From: an uncultured Chloroflexia bacterium
Lineage (GTDB): Bacteria > Chloroflexota > Limnocylindria > Limnocylindrales > CSP1-4
Assembly (NCBI GenBank): GCA_963778155.1
Contig: CAVZTK010000006.1
Coordinates: 791,962-855,961 of the forward strand
Reading direction: 5' to 3'
Length of the DNA: 64,000 nt
Part shown: piece after piece, positions 51,685 through 61,741 of the stretch
Numbering within the stretch: the stretch's first letter is position 1
How the letters are laid out: each line of letters begins with the position of its first letter
The notes under the pieces: generated by a model
Databases searched by the model: none
Seen by the model: only the letters and a program-made list of their open reading frames with translations
What the model was told of the DNA's origin: nothing
Program-made: the position numbers and the translations under genes

Positions 51685-54039
51685 ATGTTCAGCCGCTGGG
51701 GTGCATTCGTCTACCGGTTCCGTCGCCCGATCGTCCTCATCGCGATCGTCGCGGCCCTCGCCAGCACGACCCTGGCGTCGCAGGCGTCCTCCGCCCTGTC
51801 AGCGGGCGGCTGGCTCGATGCCAACTCGGAATCGGCCGCGGTCGCCAACCGCCTCGACACGGAGTTCGGGGCCGGCAAGAGCTCGATCATCGTGTTGTTC
51901 CGATCGGACACGCCCGGCGTGGACGCGACCTCGGCCGAGTTCCAGGCTGCGATCAAGACAGCCACCGCACCCCTTGCCTCGAGCCCTCACGTCGACGGCG
52001 TGGTCGGCTATGCCGAGACCGGCGACAAGACCTTCATCAGCACGGCGGGAGACGCTGCTTACGTCGTCGTCCAGCTGAACGTCACTGACGAGGAGTCGGT
52101 CGCGATCGTCGACGACATCCGGGCCGCCATGGTCACACCGGCCGGCTACACGACCCAGCTCACGGGCTATGGGCCGATCACCCAGGATTCGGCCGAGCAG
52201 TCCGAGAAGGACCTGCAGAAGGCCGAGCTCGTCTCACTGCCCGTCGTCGCGGTCGTCCTCGTCCTCGTCTTCGCGTCGATCGTGGCGGCGGGGATGCCGC
52301 TGCTGGTCGCCGGCCTGGCCATCCCGTTCAGCCTGGCCCTCGTCTACATCGTCGCCCAGCAGGTCCAGATGAGCATCTTCGTGCTCAACATCGCGACGAT
52401 GCTCGGGCTTGCCCTGGCCATCGACTACTCGCTGTTCATCGTCAGCCGCTATCGCGAGGAGCTCCGTCGCGGGCGCACGGTCGCCGAAGCCGTCGAGCGC
52501 GCCGTGGCCACCGCCGGCAAGGCCGTCGCCTTCAGCGGTATCGCGGTGGCCATCGGCCTGTCGGGCCTCCTCCTGTTCGCGGCTCCGGCCATCCGCTCGA
52601 TCGGCATCGCCGGCGCCCTCGTGGTGCTGTCGTCGGTCGTGTTCGCCCTGACATTCCTGCCGGCCCTTCTCGGGATGCTCGGCCACCGCGTCAACGCGCT
52701 GTCGATCCGCGGCCTGCGCCACCGGTTCCGCCCCGTCTCGCGACGGCGTCGAGGTGGCGCGCACGAGTCGCTGGGAGCGGGTCGCGAACGCCGTCATGCG
52801 CCGACCGATCACGGTCCTCATCCCGACCCTGGCGATCCTGCTCATCGCCGGCATCCCGTTCCTGCACATGGAGCAGGGCGTTCCCGGGGCCGAGATCTAC
52901 CCGCCCGGCGTCGAGAGCCGCGATGCGTACGTCGCGCTCCAGACCGAGTTCGCGCCCGGCGAGACGACCCCGATCGTGATCCTCGCCGACGTGAACGGCT
53001 CGCCGACCGACCTCGCCAACATCCAGGCGCTCGACGCCTACGCCGCTCGGGTCGAGGCACTCGAGGGGATCGACCGGGTCGAGAGCCCGTTCGTCATCCA
53101 CGACCCGACGACCGGCGCGCTCCTGACGCCCGAACAAGTCGCGGCCCTGTATGCGCTCCCGGCCGACCAGCAGCCGGCAGGACTCGACCAGCTGCTCGCA
53201 CGCTACGTCCGCGGCTCGACCGTCCGGCTCGACGCCATCAGCCCCATGTCGCCGTCGAAGCCCGAGGCGACCGACCTGATCCCGCAGATCCGCGCCATCT
53301 CGGCGGGTCAGGGCATCACAACCCAGGTCGGCGGGAGCGCGGCCAGCGGCCACGACTTCCTGGTCTCCCAGGCGCAGCGCGCGCCGTACGCGGTCGGGCT
53401 GACGCTGCTGGCCAGCGGCCTGATCCTGTTCCTGCTGTTCGGCTCCGTGGTGCTGCCGCTCAAGGCCGTCGTCATGACCCTGCTGTCGATCACCGCGTCG
53501 TTCGGCGCGATGGTCTGGATCTTCCAGGACGGCAACCTCTCCAACCTGCTCAACTTCGTGCCGCTCGGCTACACCATCGCGGGCAACCCGATCATCATGT
53601 TCTCGGTCATCTTCGGGCTGTCGATGGACTACGAGGTCCTGCTGCTGTCGCGGATCCAGGAGTCCTACCGGCGGACCGGCGACAACACCGCGGCGGTCGC
53701 CGACGGCCTGTCGAAGACGGCCGGGGTCATCACCGGTGCCGCCGCTGATCATGGTCTCGGTCTTCGCCGCGTTCTCGCTGGCCGACGTCATCACCATCAA
53801 GTCGATCGGCGTTGGCATGGCGATCGCGGTCGCGGTCGACGCCACCATCGTCCGGGTCCTGCTCGTGCCGGCCACGATGCGGCTGCATGGGCAAGTGGAA
53901 CTGGTGGGCGCCGGGCATCCTGGGCCGGTTCGTGGATCGGCTCGGCTTCAGCCACGTCGAGGACGGGGTCGACGAGGCCGGAGACGCCGGCGAGCCCGGG
54001 ACCAAACCCGCGACCACGCCGGGGCTCGCCGGGTCCTGA
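51685..54039 (+). pseudogene. MMPL-family (RND superfamily) membrane transporter, three frame breaks
   Basis: MFSRWGAFVYRFRRPIVLIAIV...LALAIDYSLFIVSRYREEL is followed by ...RWERVANAVMRRPITVLIP...FGLSMDYEVLLLSRIQE, then LIMVSVFAAFSLAD...ATMRL, then MGKWNWWAPGILGRFVDRL. Breaks lie at 52731-52734, about 53738-53745 and about 53886. Confidence 0.85.
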
Positions 54040-54071
54040 CCGGCTCGGCGCCGATGCCCTATCGTCGGGCG

Positions 54072-55058
54072 ATGCGCCTCATCCTCGATGCCCGGATCCG
54101 ACCCGAGACCGTCGACCGCCTGCGGGCGATGGATGGTCTCGAGGTCGTCGACCTCAGCGCCGACGACGGGTTCGATCCACGCGCGCTCGCCGACCCCGAG
54201 GTCGAGATCCTCGTCGCCGGCTGGCCGCCCGACGACCTCGTCCGCGTACCGCGGCTGCGCTGGCTGCAGGTGCCGTCGGCCGGCGTGGACCACCTCGCCG
54301 CCGACCCTCCGTGGCGCAAGGGGCTGCTCGTCACCAACGCCAAGGGCGTCTATGCCGTCCCGATCGCCGAATACGTGACCGGGATGGTCCTGCGGGTCAA
54401 CCAGCCGGCCGCGACCTGGAGCGCGGACCAGGCCGCCCATCGCTGGCCCGACGGCACGCCGCAGCTCGTCTCGATGGTCCGGGGCCGGACCGCGGTGGTG
54501 GCCGGCTACGGGTCGATCGGGCGCGAGGTGGCGCGACAGCTGGCGGCTCTCGGGATGCGGATCCTGGCCGTCAAGCATCGGCCGGGCGAGCGGGTGGACA
54601 CCGCGTACCGCGTTCCTGGGACCGGCGATCCTGATGGCACGGTCCCCGAGCGCATCGTGGACGACGCGGCGCTCGCCGAGGTCGCCCGCGAAGCGGACGT
54701 GCTGATCGTGACGATGCCGCTGACCGACTCCTCGCGCGGGATCGTCGGGCGCGACGTGCTGGCTGCGCTGCCATCGCGGGCCTGGCTGATCAACATCTCG
54801 CGCGGTCCGCTCGTCGACGAACCTGCCCTCCTCGAGGCGCTCCGTGCTGGGCGGCTGGCCGGCGCCGTCCTCGACGTGTTCTGGGAGGAGCCGCTGCCGG
54901 CCGACAGCCCGTGGTGGGACGCTCCCAACGTCATCGTCACGCCGCACGCGTCGGGCCATACCCTGCGCTTCTTCGATGAGCTGGTCGTCGAGAACGTCCG
55001 CCGCTACATCGCCGGTGAGCCACTCCTGAACCCGGTCGACCCCGAGCGCGGATACTAA
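54072..55058 (+). CDS. D-isomer-specific 2-hydroxyacid dehydrogenase family protein
   Basis: NAD motif VVAGYGSIGREVARQL, then LINISRGPLVDEPAL and VIVTPHASG (catalytic His). An alternative ATG lies at 54054. Confidence 0.85.
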   Translation: MRLILDARIRPETVDRLRAMDGLEVVDLSADDGFDPRALADPEVEILVAGWPPDDLVRVPRLRWLQVPSAGVDHLAADPPWRKGLLVTNAKGVYAVPIAEYVTGMVLRVNQPAATWSADQAAHRWPDGTPQLVSMVRGRTAVVAGYGSIGREVARQLAALGMRILAVKHRPGERVDTAYRVPGTGDPDGTVPERIVDDAALAEVAREADVLIVTMPLTDSSRGIVGRDVLAALPSRAWLINISRGPLVDEPALLEALRAGRLAGAVLDVFWEEPLPADSPWWDAPNVIVTPHASGHTLRFFDELVVENVRRYIAGEPLLNPVDPERGY

Positions 55059-55077
55059 GGGCGCAGGAGGCGCGGCG

Positions 55078-55671
55078 ATGGGCGACCAGAAGGAACCGGT
55101 GACCCGGCTCGGCCCCGACAGCGGCGGCCGGGCGCCCGGCGAGCCCGCGGTCCGGGTCTACCACTGGGAGTGGGGACCCGACGGCGCGCGCCGGCCGGGT
55201 CTGCCGTGGATCGGCATCTTCCTGCTCGTGTTCGGCGCGCTGCTGCTGCTCCAGCAGGCATTCCCGCAGTTCCGCGGCGTGGGCTCGGTGGTGGTCCTCG
55301 CGGTCGGGGTCGCGTTCCTGATCAAGTGGGCCATCGATCGCGGCACCGGCTCGCTCTACGCCGGCGCCATCATCACGGCCCTGGCCGTGCCGGGGTTGCT
55401 CGACGCGGCCGGCGTCGAAGCCGATGGACTAAGCACGTTCAGCTTCGGGATCGCCTTCCTGTTCATCGCGCTCGTCCGCGCGGCGTCGGGCGGCGGCTGG
55501 GGCTGGCAGCTGTGGTTCGGCGGCCTGCTGACGCTCGTCGGGGCGGTCAACATCGCGGGAGGATCGTTCGGCGGGTACGTCCTTCCGCTGCTGCTGGTGG
55601 CGCTCGGCGTGCTCCTCATCATGCGCGGCTCGGGGGACCGGTTCGGCGGGACCGGCCGCCGGCCCGGCTGA
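55078..55671 (+). CDS. Hypothetical polytopic membrane protein
   Basis: Intact 197 aa with about five hydrophobic helices. No family was recognised. Confidence 0.55.
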   Translation: MGDQKEPVTRLGPDSGGRAPGEPAVRVYHWEWGPDGARRPGLPWIGIFLLVFGALLLLQQAFPQFRGVGSVVVLAVGVAFLIKWAIDRGTGSLYAGAIITALAVPGLLDAAGVEADGLSTFSFGIAFLFIALVRAASGGGWGWQLWFGGLLTLVGAVNIAGGSFGGYVLPLLLVALGVLLIMRGSGDRFGGTGRRPG

Positions 55672-55694
55672 GGTCCGGGTCCGGCGTCTTCTGC

Positions 55695-57062
55695 CTAGGG
55701 CAGGGCGGGGTCGCGGACCACGGCAACGTCGATCGACTCGGCCAGGACGGTCGCGATCCGCTGGAGCTCGGCGTCGGTGACCACGAACGGCGGTCCGAGC
55801 AGGATCGTGTCGCCATCGATGCCGTTGGCGTTGCCCGTTCCCGAGTAGACGAGGACACCGCGGTCACGCGCAGCGGCGACGACCGCCTCGGTCACGCGAG
55901 CGGCACGTGGGAACGGCGCCCGGGTCTCGCGGTCCGCGACGAGCTCGACGCCGACCATCAGGCCGCGCCCCCGGATCTCGCCGACGGCCGGGTGGTCGCC
56001 GAACGCATCGCGGGCGAGCCCGCGCAGCCGCTCCCCCTTGACCGCACTCGCCTCGATGAGCGATTCGCGCTCGAGGATGGCGAGGACCTCGGACGCGACC
56101 GCGGCGGCGACCGGCGAATGCGAATAGGTGAAGCCGTGGACGAAGCCCGCCGACGCGCCGGTGATCGTCGTGTACACCGCGTCCGAGACGGCGACGAACC
56201 CGAACGGCCAGTAGCCCGACGTGGCGCCCTTGGCCGCGACCAGCAGGTCCGGCCTGACGTTCCAGTGATCGAGCCCGAACCAGCGGCCCGTCCGCCCGAA
56301 CCCGGTCATCACCTCGTCGGCGATGAGCAGGACACCGTGACGGGCACAGACCGCGGCGATGGCCGGCCAATAGCCGGCGGGCGGCTCGACGGCCGCGAGG
56401 GTCGCGCCGACGATGGGCTCGGCCACGAACGCGGCGACCGTTCGCGGTTCGGCGGCCGAGAAGGCGGCGTCGAGCTCCGCCGCGAGCTCCTCGGCCGAGC
56501 CGAGGGCGTTCGCGCCGGGCAGGTCGGCCCGGTACGGGTAGGCAGCCGACACGTGACGGAACCGGCCGAGCCAGCCCTCGTACGGCCGGCGCAGCGGCTT
56601 GCGACCGGACAGGTCGAGCGCTCCGAGGGTGTTGCCGTGGTAGCTCCCCCACCGCGAGTAGACGATCCAGCGATCCGGCTCGCCGCGGGCGATGTGGTAG
56701 GCACGGGCGAGCTTGAGCGCGGTCTCGATCGCCTCCGACCCGCCGGACACCGGGTAGATCGCCGGGTCGTCGACCGGCAGGTGCGGCGCGACGGCTCGCG
56801 CGTAGGCCTCGAGCGGCTCGGTCGTGAACGCGCTGCCGTGCGCGTAGGCGAGGCGGCCGGCCTGGTCGGCCATGACGTCGGCGATCTCGCGCCGGCCGTG
56901 CCCGACGTTGACGACGATCGCCCCGCCGGCCGCGTCGAGGTACTCGCGACCCTCGGCATCGCGGATCGTCGAGCCGAACGCCTCCACCGCGACGGGTGGA
57001 TCGGCGGCGCTCGAGCGGCGGAAGACGCGGCCCCTCTGCATCGCGGCATCGTAGAGCCGCAC
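55695..57062 (-). CDS. Class-III aminotransferase (omega-transaminase type)
   Basis: Intact 455 aa with [42 protein letters not shown] and [14 protein letters not shown] (PLP Lys). Confidence 0.9.
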   Translation of the reverse strand: [455 protein letters not shown]

Positions 57063-57109
57063 GCGATGCGCGATGCTACGCGCGTCGCATCTTGCAGCGA
57101 GACGATGCC

Positions 57110-58171
57110 GTGGGCGATCTCCCGAGTCCGGCCCTCATCGCGATCTTCATCGCGGCCGCGGTCGTCACCTGGATCGCGGGGATCCTGCTGTCACGGACGA
57201 CCGACGCGCTCGACCTTCGTTTGGGCCTGGGCGAGGCGCTCGGCGGGGTCGTCCTGCTGGCGATCTCGGGCAGCCTGCCAGAGCTGGCGATCACCGTATC
57301 GGCGGTCCTGCAGGGCCATCTCGACGTGGCCGCCGGCAACCTGATCGGCGGGATCGCGATCCAGACGATGGTCCTCGTGCTGTGCGACCGAGCGGTCGGT
57401 GGTGACAAGCCGTTGACCTATCTCGTCGGCTCCCTGATCCCGGTCCTCGAAGGCGCGATGGTCGTGATCATCGTCGCGGTGATGCTGATGGGCACGATCC
57501 TGCCCGAGTCGACGGCGATCGGCGGCGTCAGCCCGGCGTCGATCGGCATCGTCGCGACGTGGCTGGTCGGGATCTACCTCATCGACAGGATCCGACGGCA
57601 CCAGCCGTGGCAGGTGACGATGCCCGGGAGCCAGCGCGGGCGACCCCATCGACGGATAGCGCATCCGACAGCCCCGAAGCCGTTCGACAACGTGAGCACG
57701 CTCCAGATCGGCCTCCTTTTCGCGGCGGCAAGCGCCGCCATCCTGGTGGCAGGCGTCGCGCTCGAGACCAGCGGCAGCCTGCTGGCCGATCGATCGGGCA
57801 TCAACGGCGTCGTGTTCGGTGCGACGTTCCTGGCCGCGGCCAGCGCGCTGCCCGAGATCAGCACCGGGATCGAGGCGGTCCGGCTCGGCGACAACGAGCT
57901 GGCGATCGGTGACATCTTCGGCGGCAACGCCTTCCAGCTGTGCCTGTTCGTCCTCGCCGACTTCCTGGCCGGGAAGCCCCTCCTGCCGACGGCCGGTCGC
58001 GAGAACGCGTGGCTGGGGGCACTCGGCATCGTCCTGACCGGGATCTACATGACCGCGATCATCGTCCGAGGGGAGCGCCGCCACGCGGGGCTCGGGGTCG
58101 ATTCGATGACGGCCGTGGTCGTGTTCGCGCTCGGGTTGTGGGGTCTCACGATCATCGCGGGCTCGGGCTAG
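57110..58171 (+). CDS. Ca2+/Na+(H+) antiporter family (CaCA, sodium/calcium-exchanger membrane repeats)
   Basis: In-frame GTG at 57110. The two alpha-repeat motifs are AISGSLPELAITV and AAASALPEISTGI, each followed by GNLIGG / GDIFGGNAF. Confidence 0.8.
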   Translation: MGDLPSPALIAIFIAAAVVTWIAGILLSRTTDALDLRLGLGEALGGVVLLAISGSLPELAITVSAVLQGHLDVAAGNLIGGIAIQTMVLVLCDRAVGGDKPLTYLVGSLIPVLEGAMVVIIVAVMLMGTILPESTAIGGVSPASIGIVATWLVGIYLIDRIRRHQPWQVTMPGSQRGRPHRRIAHPTAPKPFDNVSTLQIGLLFAAASAAILVAGVALETSGSLLADRSGINGVVFGATFLAAASALPEISTGIEAVRLGDNELAIGDIFGGNAFQLCLFVLADFLAGKPLLPTAGRENAWLGALGIVLTGIYMTAIIVRGERRHAGLGVDSMTAVVVFALGLWGLTIIAGSG

Positions 58172-58873
58172 CTAGCGGAGCGTCGCGCGCGCGATCTCAC
58201 CCGGCTCCACGCTCGCCTGCGCGACGACCGACCCATCGGCGGCCCAGATCCCGGAGCCGCCGGCCGCCGGGTCGTACTCCCCTCCATTCGGGCCCGCGCC
58301 GCTGGCGACCGCGACCCAGATCCCGTGCCCGGTGGCGACCCGCCGGGCGCGCTCGTCTTGGATCTCTGTCTCATCGGGTGACTTGACGCTGCCCGCGACG
58401 TAGGCATCGATGCCGAGCGCGGCCGTGTCGGCCCAGTGCTGCGGGACGCCGGCGTCCTTGCAGATCGCGAGACCCAGCCGCCAGCCGTCAAGCTCGAGCA
58501 CGGCCGGCTCCGTGCCGGCGGTGAAGCGCCCGGTCTCGGTCGAGCCGAGCCACATCTTGCGATACGCGACGCGGGCACCGGTCCCGTCGATGGCCAGCAT
58601 CGCGATGGTGTCCCCATCCGCGCCGTCCGCGGGCGCGCCCACGAGGGCCACCGAAGACATCTCCCCGCAGGCGTCGATGATCGGCGCCAGACGCGCGTCA
58701 TCGGGCGGAACCGCGGCAGCGTCGAGCTCGTACCCGGTCAGAGACAGCTCCGGGAAGACCACGAGACGCACGCCGGCGGCACGGATCGTGTCGGCGTGCG
58801 CCAGGGCGTTCGCGGCGACGTCACCCGGATGGCAGACGGGCTGGGCCACCGCGATGGTCAGCGGCTCACGCAT
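58172..58873 (-). CDS. Carbon-nitrogen hydrolase (nitrilase-superfamily) protein
   Basis: Intact 233 aa. Glu in VVFPELSLTGY, Lys in AYRKMWLG, Cys in LAICKDAG. Confidence 0.85.
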   Translation of the reverse strand: MREPLTIAVAQPVCHPGDVAANALAHADTIRAAGVRLVVFPELSLTGYELDAAAVPPDDARLAPIIDACGEMSSVALVGAPADGADGDTIAMLAIDGTGARVAYRKMWLGSTETGRFTAGTEPAVLELDGWRLGLAICKDAGVPQHWADTAALGIDAYVAGSVKSPDETEIQDERARRVATGHGIWVAVASGAGPNGGEYDPAAGGSGIWAADGSVVAQASVEPGEIARATLR

Positions 58874-59006
58874 CGGATCCCTTCCTCCCGTGTCAGCCTC
58901 ATCACCGGCCGACGACCGATCATACCGGCCGGTCGGCGCGGTGGGGAGGTCCGAGACCCCCGGCCCGGGGAAGGGAGCCGGGTCGAGGGTCCGATGTGGT
59001 CCAGGG

Positions 59007-60164
59007 TCAGACGCGACCCTTCGGCACGGTGTGCCAGTACGTCTTGTTGAAGACGATCTTGCCCAGGTGCCACAGGTGGTTCGGCTTTGGCGGGCGTGGC
59101 GGGTGGTCGTAGTCGAACTGGAGGAGAGTCCCCTTCCCGTCGCCGATCTCGAAGAAGCACATCACCCGGCCGTGGTAGTCGACATGCTTGCCGGCCGGGG
59201 CGCGACCCTCGACCGCGGCCGCGATCCGCTCGGCCACGACCGGAGCCTCGAAGTGCGCGGTCGAGCCCGCCTTCGAGAGAGGCAGGTCCGTCGCGTCGCC
59301 GAGCGCGTAGATGTCGTCGTATCCGGCGACGCGAAGCGTCCGTCGGTCGGTCGGGAGCCAGCCGCCGGGCGCCGGAGCGAGACCGGAGTCCATCAGGAAC
59401 TGCTGCCCCTTGTGCGGCGGCACCAGGATGAGGAGGTCGTAGCCGAGCTCCTCGCCTTCGAGGCTGAGGACGACCTTCCGCTCCGGGTCGATGGCCTCGA
59501 CGTTGAAGAAGGTGTGGAGCTCGATGTGCTTTGCCTCGAGGATCGGGGTGGCCATCTCGGACACGCTCTCGATCATGAATGCGCGGCCGATCGGCGAGCA
59601 GAAGTCGATCGAGGTGCGGCCGCGCATGTCGCGGTCGCGGAGCTCAGCCTCGAGCAGGAACGCGACCTCGAGCGGGGCCGGCGGGCACTTGTAGGGCATC
59701 CCCGCGATGCCGATGAGGATCCGACCGCCGTCGAACCGGTCGAGCGCGGCGCGCAGCCGGCCGGCCGCTTCGGCGGAGTAGAAGTGGTGGGCTTCGGCGT
59801 CGAAGTGCTCGATCAATTCGGGCACGATCCGCGACCCCGTCGCCAGCACCAGCTGGTCGTAGCCAAGGGGCAGCCCATCCGTGAGCGTGACGACCCGAGC
59901 CGTGGTGTCGACCCGCTCGACCTCGCCGACGATCAGGGTGACCCGCTTGTCGAGCAGCCCGCGCTCCGGACGATGCAGGTTGGCCGCCCGTTCGTGGCCC
60001 ATGGCGATGTACATGAAGCCCGGCTGGTAGGTGTGCTCGCCGCTGGCATCGACGACGATGATCCCGACCTCGCCACGGTCGATCCGACGGCGCAGCTTCT
60101 TGACGAGGAGGTTGGCGGTGAGGGTGCCTCCGACACCGCCGCCGAGGATGAGGATCCGTTGCAT
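59007..60164 (-). CDS. Sulfide:quinone-oxidoreductase-like FAD-dependent oxidoreductase
   Basis: Intact 385 aa. FAD motif ILILGGGVGGT. GMPYKCPPAPLE is the Cys-containing motif also seen in SQR-type enzymes. YALGDATDLPLSKAGSTAHFEA is the second FAD-proximal block; here it carries Ala where, as I recall, many SQRs carry Cys. Confidence 0.75.
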   Translation of the reverse strand: MQRILILGGGVGGTLTANLLVKKLRRRIDRGEVGIIVVDASGEHTYQPGFMYIAMGHERAANLHRPERGLLDKRVTLIVGEVERVDTTARVVTLTDGLPLGYDQLVLATGSRIVPELIEHFDAEAHHFYSAEAAGRLRAALDRFDGGRILIGIAGMPYKCPPAPLEVAFLLEAELRDRDMRGRTSIDFCSPIGRAFMIESVSEMATPILEAKHIELHTFFNVEAIDPERKVVLSLEGEELGYDLLILVPPHKGQQFLMDSGLAPAPGGWLPTDRRTLRVAGYDDIYALGDATDLPLSKAGSTAHFEAPVVAERIAAAVEGRAPAGKHVDYHGRVMCFFEIGDGKGTLLQFDYDHPPRPPKPNHLWHLGKIVFNKTYWHTVPKGRV

Positions 60165-60170
60165 GGCCGG

Positions 60171-60416
60171 CTACCGTCGCTTCTCGACGACGATCTCGTC
60201 GTAGCCGTCGCGCGCGTCGAGGGCGACGAGTCGGTGGCCCGCCTTCTCGACCCATTTCGGGATGTCGGTCCTGGAGCCCCGGTCCGAGGAATAGACAGCG
60301 ATGATGTCCCCGACCCGGCCTTCGCGAATGGCGCGGATGAGCTCCATCAAGGGGCCCGGGCAGAAGCTGCCTCGGGCGTCGACGACGCGGGTGATGGCGA
60401 TGGCGGTATCGGTCAT
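60171..60416 (-). CDS. TusA/SirA-family sulfurtransferase (copy 2)
   Basis: ATG at 60416, 81 aa. VDARGSFCPGPLMEL carries the CPxP active-site motif. Confidence 0.85.
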   Translation of the reverse strand: MTDTAIAITRVVDARGSFCPGPLMELIRAIREGRVGDIIAVYSSDRGSRTDIPKWVEKAGHRLVALDARDGYDEIVVEKRR

Positions 60417-60451
60417 GGCGGTCACGCCCTTCCTGGGGTCGGCTGTTTCGT

Positions 60452-61060
60452 CTAGATGAACAGCGGGACCGAGTTCGTCGTCATGAGCTCGATGACGGTC
60501 GCGGCTCCCACCGGCTCGCCCATGCCCTCGATCATGTCCTCGGGCTTGAGGCCGAACATGTCCATCGTCATCTGGCACGGCATGAACTCGACGCCCATCG
60601 CCTGGGCGATCTCGAGCAGCTCCTTGGGGCTGGACACGCCGTACTGCTTGGCGAGCTTGCGCATCATCCAGGGACCCATGCCGAAGAAGTCCATCTTCGA
60701 GAGGTGCCGGTGACTGATGCCCGGACGTTGCATCGTCGACATCATCTTCTGCATCCAGTTCTCGCCGGTGATCCGCTTCGAATCCCTGACGAAGACCGGG
60801 AGACCCCAGAACGTCACGAAGACCCGAGTCTTGACACCCATCGCGGCGCTCGTCGAGGCGAGGATCATCGTGGCCCAGACCTTCTCGAGGTCGCCGCTGT
60901 AGTCGATGATGAGGAAGTCCTTCGTCGCGACTGCCCCGTCATCCGCCGGAGCCGGGACGGGTTCGGGGGTGGCGGTCGGGTCGCTCGCGTCGGGCCAGCC
61001 TTCGACGGCAGCGATCGCCTCGGCAAGTGGATCGAGGGTAGGCACTGTGCCGGTGGTCAT
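60452..61060 (-). CDS. DsrE/DsrF/DrsH-like family protein with 45-aa Pro/Ala-rich N-extension (copy 2)
   Basis: Intact 202 aa. FLIIDYSGDLEKVWATMILASTSAAMGVKTRVFVTFWG and the conserved Cys in VEFMPCQMTMDMFG. Confidence 0.75.
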   Translation of the reverse strand: MTTGTVPTLDPLAEAIAAVEGWPDASDPTATPEPVPAPADDGAVATKDFLIIDYSGDLEKVWATMILASTSAAMGVKTRVFVTFWGLPVFVRDSKRITGENWMQKMMSTMQRPGISHRHLSKMDFFGMGPWMMRKLAKQYGVSSPKELLEIAQAMGVEFMPCQMTMDMFGLKPEDMIEGMGEPVGAATVIELMTTNSVPLFI

Positions 61061-61067
61061 GGCGGCC

Positions 61068-61304
61068 TCACTTCCTGCGGATGACGAAGCGGTACATCGC
61101 GCCGTCGGAGGTCTGCTCGATCAGCTCGTTGCCGGTCACGCGACACCACGCCGCAACGTCCTTGATCGAACCCACATCCGTCGCCACGAGCTCGACGACG
61201 GCTCCGGACGGAAGGGCTTTGCACGCCTGGGCGGTCTTCACGATGGGCATCGGACACGACAATCCGCGCGCATCGACGGTCTGGCTGATCTCGACGACCG
61301 GCAT
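61068..61304 (-). CDS. TusA/SirA-family sulfurtransferase (copy 1)
   Basis: AAAGGAG SD and ATG at 61304, 78 aa. VDARGLSCPMPIVKT carries the CPxP motif. Confidence 0.85.
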   Translation of the reverse strand: MPVVEISQTVDARGLSCPMPIVKTAQACKALPSGAVVELVATDVGSIKDVAAWCRVTGNELIEQTSDGAMYRFVIRRK

Positions 61305-61327
61305 GGTCGGGCTCCTTTCGTTCCTGG

Positions 61328-61741
61328 TCAGATGAAGACGACCTGCCCCTCGCCGGCGTTGAGGTAGAACGCAGTCACGCCCTCCACCCCATCGACCAAC
61401 GGGTCGAGATCGCTCGATTCGAGATGGAGAAGGTCCATCGACAGCGAGCACGCCTGGATGTCGACCGACCCGAGATCCTTCGCCTGACGCATGGTCTCGG
61501 ACCATGGCGCCTGACCGGCGCGAGCGAGCGCGGCGACCGCTGCCTTGCCCTCGGGACCGGCCTCCGGTGCGAGCCCGTGGTCGAGGGCGATGCGGTCTGC
61601 CCTGAACGCATCGAGCGCCCAGTACTGCAGGAAGATGTTGACGGGCTTGCCGAGCGCGGCAGCGCCGGCGGCGAGGACCGCGGCGGCCTGGAGCTTGTCG
61701 TCGGTGCCGGAGAAGAGGACGAGGTTCAGCGGTTCGTCCAT
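61328..61741 (-). CDS. DsrE/DsrF/DrsH-like family protein (copy 1)
   Basis: ATG at 61741, 137 aa. LNLVLFSGTDDKLQAAAVLAAGAAALGKPVNIFLQYWAL and the conserved Cys in DIQACSLSMDLL. Confidence 0.75.
   Translation of the reverse strand: MDEPLNLVLFSGTDDKLQAAAVLAAGAAALGKPVNIFLQYWALDAFRADRIALDHGLAPEAGPEGKAAVAALARAGQAPWSETMRQAKDLGSVDIQACSLSMDLLHLESSDLDPLVDGVEGVTAFYLNAGEGQVVFI

Noticed and set aside
58165-58178. The palindrome GCTAGCTAGC at the junction of the antiporter and C-N hydrolase genes.
   Set aside because: It is simply two convergent TAG stop codons placed back to back, with no further structure.
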